A DNA stretch of 32,000 nt from Wallemia ichthyophaga EXF-994 (lineage: Eukaryota > Fungi > Basidiomycota). The stretch lies in contig NW_008806286.1 of the NCBI RefSeq assembly GCF_000400465.1, forward strand, positions 233,865-265,864. The letters run 5' to 3'. The position numbers and the translations under genes are program-made. The number at the start of each line of letters is the position of its first letter. Within the stretch, counting starts at the first letter, position 1. The notes beneath the pieces are model-generated. The model saw only the letters and a list, made by a program, of their open reading frames with translations. It had not been told where the DNA came from and searched no databases. Shown piece by piece: positions 22,668-32,000 of this stretch.

Positions 22668-24159
22668 ATGGCCGCTCGACAAGCACCAATCGTAATAGAT
22701 AATGGAACTGGGTGAGTGAAATTATAAATTTTATTATCCCAATTAATACACGTACAGCTGGACAAAGATGGGGTTAGTATCCCTCTCCACGGCTTCATTA
22801 CCCTGCTGACGCAATTTGCAGTTTCGCTGGCAATTCGGAGCCCAGCTTGTGCGTTGGCTACTTAATATTTCAATTTATATCTTACATTTCCTTCAGCGTA
22901 TTTCCAACAGTCATGGGTCTCCCTCACTCTCAATCCGCTACTGGCTCCTCAGGTCCTGGCCGCCCAAGCGTTGCGGCTAAACCATCACACTTGGCTTCAA
23001 AGAGGGGAATTGACGATTTAGACTTCTACATTGGTGACGAAGCTATCAAAAACTCTAAAAGCTACGGCCTCAATTACCCTATTAGACATGGTCAGATTGA
23101 TAACTGGGATTTAATGGAAAGGTTCTGGGAGAAATCCATCTTCCAATACCTCAGAGCCGAGCCTGAAGATCACCATGTCCTGTTGACTGAACCTCCTCTT
23201 AACGCCCCAGAGAACAGAGAGTCGATGGCTGAAATCATGTTCGAATCTTTCAATGTTCAGGGTTTGTACATTGCCGTACAAGCTGTCTTGGCTTTGGCTG
23301 CAAGCTGGACATCCTCTAAAGTCACTGATCGTACTCTCACTGGTACCGTTGTCGATTCTGGTGACGGTGTTACTCACGTCATTCCAGTCGTAAGTCTAGT
23401 TATTCAATGTTAGTCTAAAAGCTGACGCTTTTACAGGCCGAAGGTTACGTTATCGGCTCATCCATTAAACACATCCCAATTGCAGGTAGAGATATTACCA
23501 ACTTCGTTCAACAACTGCTTAGAGAGCGTGGTGAAACTGTGAATATCCCTCCAGAAGACCAAATGAGAGTTAGTGAAAGGATCAAAGAAGACTACTCGTA
23601 CGTCTGCCAAGATATCGTTAAGGAATTCAGAAAGTACGATCAAGATCCTTACAACTGGTTCGAAAGATATCAGGGTGAGCATTCTGTGACAGGCAGACAA
23701 TACGGCGTGGATGTAGGATACGAAAGATTTTTAGCACCGGAGATTTTTTTTAATCCTGAAATATACTCGAGTGACTTCTTAACGCCATTACCAAATGTAG
23801 TCGATGAAGTCATTTCAAGCTCACCAATTGATGTCAGAAGAGGACTTTACAAGAACATAGTTTTATCCGGCGGATCAACAATGTTCGACCACTTTGGCGC
23901 CAGGCTGAAGAGAGATTTGCGTCAATTGGTCGATACCAGATTGACAAACTCGGAATTGCAGTCAGGAAACTTGCAAAAGTCATCTGGCGTTGAAGTCAAC
24001 GTTATTTCACACAAAAGACAGAGACACGCTGTCTGGTTTGGTGGTTCTCTGTTGGCTGGTTTGCCAGACTTCTATACGAGCTGCTATTCTAAAGCTGACT
24101 ATGATGAGATTGGGCCATCGATTTGTCGTCGCTATTCTATCTTTGGTAGCAGCACTTAG
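22668..24159 (+). CDS. ARP3: Actin-related protein 3, multi-exon
   Basis: [15 protein letters not shown]|WTKMG|FAGNSEPS|, [59 protein letters not shown] and [15 protein letters not shown]. Confidence 0.97.
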
Positions 24160-24212
24160 AGCTGATGACTATCACTAAAAGTATTTGATATCCAATTTCC
24201 CACTTGTTATGA

Positions 24213-24723
24213 AGAATACAAAATGAATCCGTATACTTGCTTATTGTGTTAAAATTGGGTGTTCATCTCCTACGACAATTGTCAAAAGTCATTTCTCTTG
24301 CATTGTACCACCCAAAAGCATTATCTGAGAATCTTCACATATCCGATGACTGCAAGATGTTTTTATGGGATGAAAAGGTACTTTTAGTAGTATTATTTGT
24401 ACAATTAAATGATACATTATTAAATTGAATTTAGTTTGCTCAAGGAACCCTAAAAATGACCAAACAAGTGAGAAGACGAACATAGGGATACCATGTACTG
24501 ACAATTTGAGCGATTGAGCTATGCTATCAATCTTGTTTTAGCTTCAGAATTTCAAATTCATCCTCATCTCAAGCCTCCGCTCAATATCCACCAATTTAGA
24601 ATTCTCCTCTGACACCTATCTCATCTCAGATGGTGAAATACGAGTTTTGATGATCTCCAAATTAATTGGCTTGATAGATAACTATGGCTGTAAGCATATT
24701 ATTTCGCCAGATTTAGATCCCTG
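24213..24723 (+). CDS. Unannotated 3-exon hypothetical protein, possibly a divergent cyclin fold; start codon uncertain
   Basis: Two phase-0 introns, 24378-24434 (GTACTT...TAG) and 24468-24510 (GTGAGA...ACTGAC...GAG), join stop-free exons: ...YLLIVLKLGVHLLRQLSKVISLALYHPKAL...MFLWDEK|FAQGTLKMTKQ|RLSYAINLVLASEFQIHPHLKPPLNIHQFRFSSDTYLISDGEIRVLMISKLIGLIDNYG... Confidence 0.45.
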
Positions 24724-25368
24724 ACGCTCCAATCGCGCGCTGCACGCTGATCGAAAGCAATGATTCAAAATCGCTCTAGAGCACGCTATAGGATATAAAT
24801 GGAGTATTTCACGCGTTTCATCGATATATACAATTCATTCTGACTTTTAAAAACTGCAAGTCCTACAAATATCATTTATTCGGCTCAATAAATGCGAAAA
24901 ACGTTTCACTTTGCTTGGCGTCTACAAGACTCAAACCTGGCACCAGGATATAAATATGGCTACTCCGCCTCATTTCGCAATTTAAAGAAGAGATTTAGCT
25001 AAAGAAAAGGGGGGGGCATCAAAACTCTGAAATCGGGGTTTTGGCTTTTGATCAGTAAGTTTCGAAATCCTAACCAGTGGGGGTAAAAGGGTTTTTGAAT
25101 TTGCATTAGAGTATTAGATGTCAGGATAGTAGGAACATTAATTTTCACGTTCAATATTCCTTTCTTTAAGACATGTCAAACTAACACTTTATAACTCTTC
25201 GCAAACCTAGTCGCTACAGAATGATATTAAGATTGCTCAAAGTCTGCACAAGAGTAGATATTAAATAACCAAATATGTATAAATAAGTAGCAAGTAAATA
25301 GCTTTATGATTAGTCCTTTAGGGTTTTTGCTTTTGGCTCTTCAATCTTGACTTTTCACTCTAATTAAT

Positions 25369-26467
25369 CTATTTGACTTCGACCAATTTGACTTCGAAAG
25401 TCATGTCAGCGTTCTTACCAATACCTGGCAAGGCTTGGTTACCGTAAGCCTGCTTTGATGGGATGTAAAGGGTTCTTTCACCTCCGACGCGCATTGGTTG
25501 GCCACCTTTACCATTGACAGCGCCCAACACACCAGTGTCCCAGCCCGAGATGACTTCACCGGTGCCAACACGGAAGCTGAAAGGCTTTCCACTGTGAACG
25601 AGTGTTAAAATTATGAGTCAAATGTCAGAGAAAAACGCACCTAGTGTTCTGGTCAAACACCTTCTTTTGTGGTTTGCCATCCTTTAGAACGCGACCGATA
25701 TATCTCATGCCAATTCTCTTACCAGATTTGGCGACAGGGCCATCACCGATCTTTGCATCTTTGTAGGAGACGCCGTTGGAGAGAGTTACACGTTTGTCTT
25801 CCTTCTTTTCATCTTTGTTTTCTTTCTTTTCGGTCTTCTCAATCTTCTCAGCCTTCTTTGGTTCTTCCTTCTTTTCAGCAGCAGCCTCCTTCTTCTCCTT
25901 CTTGGATGGCTTGGCTGGAGCTTCTTCCGCGGCGCGCTTCTTTGATGGCTTGGAGATAGGCTCGTCAGGAAGTTCCTCAATCTTAGGGCCATCTTCTTGA
26001 TCGTCGTCTTCCTCGTCATCATCCATGCTAACATCTTGACCGTAGAGGGCGCGCATTTCATCCTCATCCAAGTCACTCTCGTCATCATCGCTGTCGCCGT
26101 CTTGTGGGTGTGGGAGATTTGGAGAGACGAGGTTACCGAGGAGGTGAACTTCGTTGTTGCCGGTGACAGAGATAGAAACGAGATCGTTTGCGGTGATGGT
26201 GAGGTCAAGTGAGACTTGTTCGATTTGGCCAGGGATTAAAGAGCAAAGGACAACTTCTTGGGAAGTCTTATCAGCAGCTTGCTCTTCAGCTTCTTCATCG
26301 CTTTCAGAATCGTCTTGTGGCTCGTACATTAACTTGATAACAGATTTTGACTTGGAGGAAGAAGACTCAGAGAGAGCGACATTGGTTATTCTAATGTCGT
26401 CATCAATTTCCAAGATTGAGGGAGAGTTTGGGAGTAAAACTTGTGACCAGAGACCGAGAGTTGTCAT
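25369..26467 (-). CDS. FPR4: Nucleolar FKBP-type PPIase / histone chaperone (nucleoplasmin-like + acidic + FKBP), Fpr3/Fpr4 family
   Basis: N-terminal NPL domain (IRITNVAL...[17 protein letters not shown]...[10 protein letters not shown]) and acidic/basic linker. FKBP domain ([25 protein letters not shown]...FDQNT|[21 protein letters not shown]...[15 protein letters not shown]...FEVKLVEVK*) completed after one intron. Confidence 0.95.
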
Positions 26468-26628
26468 GTTGGTTGTTTCTAAAGGAGAAGATTTTAGACT
26501 TGTAGGTTTATAGTGTTAATTTGAATTTAATAGTAAAATGAGTTTTACAATTAAAATTAATTTCAAGCTAGTAATTTACTAGTGTCTGGTTAGGTATCAC
26601 CTTGGATTTCAACGTCACAGTCACAGCC

Positions 26629-27333
26629 ATGGTGGGATATAGGAATATAGAAATACGCAGCTAATCAACAACCCAAGTCAAACACACTTAGACCATATCT
26701 TGGTACAGTTAGAGCCTCACTCACTGCAGCACTCAACTTGTCCAATTTCAGTTCACAGGTATATAAATCTATTCATGGGATACACCAACTAACTCAATAA
26801 ACAGATCGTTGAGCGTCACAACAAGCCAGAGATTGAAATAACCAATTCCCGTGAAGTTATTCTCCAACCATTGCTTATCACTAGAACAGCAATGGAGAAG
26901 GTCTTAATAGAGCCTTCAGTAAACTCTGTTAGACTTTCTATTAAAATCAAGCAGGCTGATGATATTGAACGGATTTTGGCACATAAGTTTACACGTTTCA
27001 TGATGATGAGAGCTGAGGGATTTGTAGTTTTAAGAAGGAAGGCTATTCAAGTGAGTTTGGTGGTTGTTTATATACGTTATATAACTCAAAATACTTTTAA
27101 GGGCTACGATATTTCATTCTTAATCACAAATCAACACACTGAAACACTCTTAAAACATAAAATTGTTGATTTCATTATTCAGTAAGTACTCTTACTTGAG
27201 TTAGAAATCAAATTAAACAGCCTTTCACAGATTCATGGAAGACGTTGACAAAGAAATTAGTGAAATGAAACTTAGCTTGAACGCTAGAGCAAGAATCGTT
27301 GCAGAAACCTATTTGAGTACATTTGGAAACTAA
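26629..27333 (+). CDS. ARC19: Arp2/3 complex subunit 4 (ARPC4/p20), multi-exon
   Basis: ATG-only first exon at 26629, then [27 protein letters not shown]|[11 protein letters not shown]...[41 protein letters not shown]...[10 protein letters not shown]...|[28 protein letters not shown]. Confidence 0.97.
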
Positions 27334-27432
27334 ACTGATTAGATAAGCTCAATGCATATACCTTTGATTACTTGAACTGATTCCTATTATCAACAAACGC
27401 ACTGACCTCTACACCTTACCACTTTTACAATC

Positions 27433-28567
27433 ATGTCTCTCAATTTAGTTGACCCGAATATAAGCAAAGCACATAACAATCTATTAGATAATGGTGAAGG
27501 TAGTTGGTTTACACTAGGCTACCCTTCTGATTCAAAGGATCAGCTTGTTGTGATGTCTTGCGGAGAAGGTGGTTTGGATTCCATTAAGCATTCACTACCA
27601 GATGATCATATACTTTTCTTCATTCTTTGCCAACATACCAAACTAATTGAAATTCTCTGGTGTCCAGAAGTTGGCGGCGTGAAAAAGGCTAGAGCCATGG
27701 TACATGCAAGGGCTGTAGCTGCACACTTTAATGTGGGTTTCGTGAATTTTATTTTCTCTCAGCTTAACAAGAAAAACCCAACAGATATCAACTTCTAACA
27801 CACACTCCGCATCCTCGGTTGACGATTTAAGCGCAGCCAAAGCAAAGAATGACACAACTTTAAATGGATCTGCGCCACCTTCACGTCCGCCACCACAACC
27901 CAAGCAAGTTATAGAACCTCCAACAACTGTACAAAACTTGGACACAGAAGAAGATGATACCGATTCAATCGTAGATGGATACCACGATGTAGATGATACA
28001 CCGCAGGGAGTTGAGCAAGAGGACTTGGTTGAGAGGCAGAGGATAGAGGAAGCCAAACGTATTGAATTTGAGCTCGAGCAGAAGCGCAAGGGGGAAGTTG
28101 AGGAAAGGAGGAGAGTGGATGAAGAGAGGAGGAGAGTGGAACAAGAGCACAAGATTAGAGTGGAACAGGAGCAAAGGATGAGAGTGGATGCAGAGGATAA
28201 GCGTAAAGCTGGTATAGTGAAACAAAAGAGTTTAGAGCAAGAAAGGATGAATAAAATGATTAGTTCTGGTCAAGTTGCACTCATGGGGAAGCTTTCTGCT
28301 CTCACGAAATCTAATATCTGGCGCAGAAGATACTTTGAGCTCTCGTCGAAAGCATTGGTGCTGTATAAGGAGGATTTGAGTTCAAAGACGCCTATACAAG
28401 CGATACCGTTGAACAAGAGCACAGAGGTTGTGGACAGCTATGAAGAAGTACTCGTAAAGAACTCATTCAAGTTGTCTAACAAAGAGGAAGACCTGTTTGT
28501 GTACGTCGATGACGCTATTTCAAAGGCCAAGTTGATGGAAGCGGTACAATCAGCTGTCAATTGTTAG
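27433..28567 (+). CDS. ADF-H (coactosin/drebrin-like) + Pro-rich + charged helix + PH domain protein
   Basis: A phase-0 intron, 27733-27784, joins the two ORFs. The N-terminus WFTLGY......L.V...G.GGL......L.DD.I.F......K...I.W.P..G.VKKAR...H...VA is an ADF-H pattern. The C-terminus GKLSALTKSNIWRRRYFELS...L.LYK......IPL...SF.L......F..DD...K..LM.A is a PH pattern. Confidence 0.8.
28095..28200 (+). repeat. Imperfect coding repeat (R-V-[DE] units about 7-8 aa apart) encoding an E/R-rich charged helix
   Basis: agagtggatgaagag / agagtggaacaagag / agagtggaacaggag / agagtggatgcagag translate to RVDEERR-RVEQEHKI-RVEQEQRM-RVDAEDK. Confidence 0.7.
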
Positions 28568-28658
28568 AATTCGCTAAAATGATTTGGATATTGTAAAATA
28601 TTTTGAAGACCATCTCTTGAAACACAACAGCCATCGATTACGCACGATTACCCAGAAG

Positions 28659-31380
28659 ATGGACGATATAATATCAATTGGTTAGTTTCTTGATAGATTT
28701 AATAGCTCGACTCTAATAAATTACTAGTGAATCGCTTACAGTGAGTTGTACGCGTAAAATATCCAGCACTAACGAAATTACAGGGATACCTTCAACACTA
28801 TCGGTGAGCTAGTTATTCAACATTCAAGGCTATTATCTTACTAGTCTCCAATCTAAAGGCGGTAATTCAATCGATTTGCCTCAAATCGCCGTCGTTGGAT
28901 CACAGTCTTCTGGTAAATCGAGTGTATTGGAGACTATAGTTGGTAGAGACTTCCTTCCACGTGGATCAGGAATCGTTACACGCCGTCCACTCATTCTCCA
29001 ACTAATACACACCAATAAATCTCAAGATTACGCTGAATTCCTTCACATGGACAAGCGCTATACTGACTTTGAAGAGGTCAGAAGCGAAATCCAATCTGAA
29101 ACATTTAGAGTTGCTGGTCAGAATAAGGGCATCTCAAAACTACCTATAAACCTCAAAATATACTCCAATAACGTCGTTAACTTGACTTTGGTCGACTTGC
29201 CGGGATTAACAAAGATCCCGGTTGGTGATCAGCCATCTGATATTGAGAGGCAAATCAGACAACTCGTCCTAGATTTCATTCAAAAACCAAATTGGTAGGT
29301 TGTAGACTATGTCATACGTCATTCCTCCTACTCACACATTTCTAATCACTCTATAGCGTCATTCTCGCCGTCTCTCCCGCTAATGTTGACCTCGCTAACT
29401 CTGACTCCCTTAAACTTGCCCGCTCTGTCGATCCACAGGGCAGAAGAACTATCGGCGTTCTCACAAAGCTCGATTTGATGGATGCCGGCACACACGCTCT
29501 CGATGTTCTCAACGGTCGCGTCTACCCGCTCAAGCTTGGTTTCATTGGCGTCGTTAACCGCTCCCAACAAGACATCAACTCCAATTTAGACATTGGTGAA
29601 GCGCGCAAACGTGAAGAGGAATTCTTTGCCGAATCACCTTCCTATCGTAACATTGCGCACAGATGCGGTACAAAGTATCTCGCAAAGACACTCAACAATG
29701 TCCTCATGGCGCATATCCGGGAAAAGTTACCTGACATGAAGGCAAAATTGAACACTTTGATGGGTCAAACGCAGCAGGAGCTCAATGCTTTTGGTGATTC
29801 AACCTTTTTCGGCAAACCGCATAGAGCCTCGCTGATACTCAAGCTCATGACACAATTTGGTCGCGACTTTGTCTCATCGGTTGACGGCACATCGAGTGAA
29901 ATATCAACCAAGGAGCTTGGTGGAGGTGCTAGAATATACTATATATTCAATGATGTCTTCGGTCAAGCTCTCGAGTCTATCAACCCCAACCACAACCTCA
30001 GTAATCACGACATTAGGACCGCAATTCGCAACAGCACCGGCCCAAGACCTAGCCTGTTTGTACCAGAGGTAGCATTTGAGCTGCTTGTGAAGCCGCAAAT
30101 TAAGCTCCTCGAACCTCCTTCTTTGCGCTGTGTTGAATTGGTGTATGAGGAATTAATGAAGATGTGCCATAACAGCTCAAATGCTGAGCTCGCACGCTTC
30201 CCACGTCTCCATGCACAACTTATTGAGGTAGTTTCCGATCTACTCAGAGAGAGACTCGGACCTACGGCGGAATACGTTCAGTCACTCATCGCAATCCAGT
30301 CTGCGTACATCAACACCAATCATCCATCATTTGCGCCCGGTACAGCGCAGTACGCAGCCGAGGCGCAGAAGGAGAAGCAAAAGCAACAGCAGCTCAAATA
30401 CGCATCTATGACAAGCAGTATTGACGAGGAGAGGGAAAGGGAGAGTGAAGGGGAGCGTTCGAGTGGTGCAGTAGACGACAGCATGGCGATTGAAGCTAGA
30501 CCTGGTAACAATGCGCAGAATGATGCTCGTCATCAATCGCTTACGGCGCAACTTCTTAGTGGTGGTGGAGAGGAGAGTGCTTTTGGACAGTCGCAGTCAC
30601 AAGGACAGTCGCAGTCACACCTCCAGTCTCAACCTCACACTCAATCAAGGAGGAGACACGGTATGCAGCACCCTCACGCACACACCCATGCGCCATCACA
30701 GAGTCAGACAGCGCGCGATACATTTCTCAACTACTTCTTCGGCGGTGCAGACGCCGCAAGCTCCGTAAGCAATGGCGCATCTAATACACGCACACCCGTT
30801 AGAGATGTGGACGGAGAGGCGCGTGAGCAGCGTAATTACACTCACTCTCACACCCCCTCCAAATCTCACACTAATCCCCTCAACGGCCGCAGCGGACTTG
30901 AGGGCTCAGCTGCGGCTTATGACATGAAGAGTCTCGGCAGGCACCTCGAGCCTGTGCCCACTATTGACGAGGGCGGCAGTGCTGTTTCCGAGAGAGAGGA
31001 TATGGAGACGACTCTTATTCGCAGCCTCATTGCGTCATATTTCGCTATCGTTAGGCAGTCGATTGAGGACCTCGTACCTAAGGCTATCATGCATCTCTTG
31101 GTGAATTTCTCTAAAGATCTCATTCAAGATAGGTTGGTTGCCTCGCTATATAATCCTGATGTGAGTATGAAGAGTACACCGTTTGCGAGCATGCTTTCTA
31201 ATTTTGTTAAAGATATTCGACGAGCTCCTCTACGAGGATGAGAATATCGTGAATGAACGCAACCGCGTTAAGAACCTCATGGATGCTTATAAACAGGCTT
31301 TCACTGTCCTCGCTGAAGTTAATATGCCAAAGAGTGGCGCGGACAGTGTAAGCAGTACCACTATGAACAGTACCGTGTAG
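28659..31380 (+). CDS. DNM1: Dynamin-related GTPase Dnm1/Drp1 (organelle fission), multi-exon
   Basis: MDDIISI|VNRLQ|DTFNTI...[75 protein letters not shown]-insert [11 protein letters not shown] and [17 protein letters not shown]...[13 protein letters not shown]. These favour Dnm1 over Vps1. Confidence 0.92.
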
Positions 31381-31449
31381 ATCATATGTACACTCTTATG
31401 TAACTATTCAACCTCTATGGATTTCACTCTTCTTTAAATACACAAAATG

Positions 31450-32000
31450 TTACGATTCCATCTCACCCTCTTCGACACTATCATCAGTACGAGCTTTCTA
31501 CGGGACATGTCAGTACATTCGCACACACACAAGCACCTATACTCACCTTTATCTCCCTTTCGTCTGGATGCGGACTCTTAGATCTGCGTCTCTCAGCCCT
31601 CCTCTCATCCCTTTCCTTTTCTCTCTCCTTATCTTTAAGCGATGTGCTATCTCTCCTCTCTCGCCTTCTGGAATCAGCCCTGTCACGCTCTCTATCTTTG
31701 AGGCGTTTCATAAAACGTTCGAAAGCTGTCTGGAATGCCTCTGTGTCATCCTGGAGGTGTCTCCCTTCAGGCAGCTCCTTGAGACGTGGGAGGACATCAA
31801 TGAAGGCGTCATCAGCATCCAGTGGTGGATCCAAGTAGCGCATCGCACTGCGCATGTCATCAATCATTATTCGACGCTTGCGTTCGGCTTGCTGCGTCGC
31901 CTCTAACTTCTGTGCTGCATATTGCTGATTTATCTGCACATCACGTTAGTTGAGTGTTTGTGTGTATGTATGTGGAGTACTCCCAACTCACCACTCGGTG
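31450..32000 (-). CDS. PRP40: U1 snRNP factor Prp40 (last FF domain and R/D/E-rich tail), 3' part
   Basis: ERKRRIMIDDMRSAMRYLDPPLDADDAF..V.PRL..L.E......E....AFERFMKRLKDRERDR, then an intron (GTGAGT...CTGAC...TAG), then KARTDDSVEEGEMES*. The upstream intron (about 31945-31990) and earlier exons extend beyond the window. Confidence 0.8.

Noticed and set aside
24440-25330. AACCCTAA (about 24446) and TTTAGGGTTT (about 25317) telomere-like motifs, considered as a telomerase RNA template
   Set aside because: Isolated single units, one inside a predicted exon; no supporting structure was seen.
18492-28225. Long S/L/F-rich antisense ORFs (18492-19016, 19746-20033, 21833-22216, 25776-26513, 27643-28225 and others)
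   Set aside because: Typical stop-poor reverse or alternative frames of E/K/D-rich real genes.

Overview
Very compact, intron-rich fungal (basidiomycete) genomic DNA. Introns are about 43-57 nt and many intergenic gaps are 11-160 bp. This profile resembles Wallemia, but the organism is inferred, not proven. Recognisable genes in order: RPC25 (partial), SUS1, COG2, SNF5, fimbrin SAC6, a bZIP-like gene with no clean model, a MULE/FAR1-derived zinc-finger gene, AP180/YAP180, RPL41, SHP1/p47, RIO2, ITC1, a low-complexity hypothetical, ARP3, FPR4, ARC19, an ADF-H+PH protein, DNM1 and PRP40 (partial). RPC25, SUS1, RPL41 and the bZIP-like gene are absent from the ORF track and were assembled by hand from splice signals. 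Most interesting points: (i) SUS1 and RPC25 are in tandem with only 11 nt between stop and start, a dicistronic candidate, and the SUS1 and COG2 start codons are 19 nt apart; (ii) a DDE-less Mutator-derived FAR1 gene abuts an ATG-less bZIP that may be spliced to it; (iii) five actin-patch/endocytosis genes plus a dynamin lie within about 25 kb; (iv) two divergent, possibly degenerate cyclin-fold loci; (v) recurrent in-frame stops that are either lesions or 21-33 nt micro-introns. No rRNA, tRNA or CRISPR features were recognised. All protein assignments come from motif recognition by eye; no database search was run.
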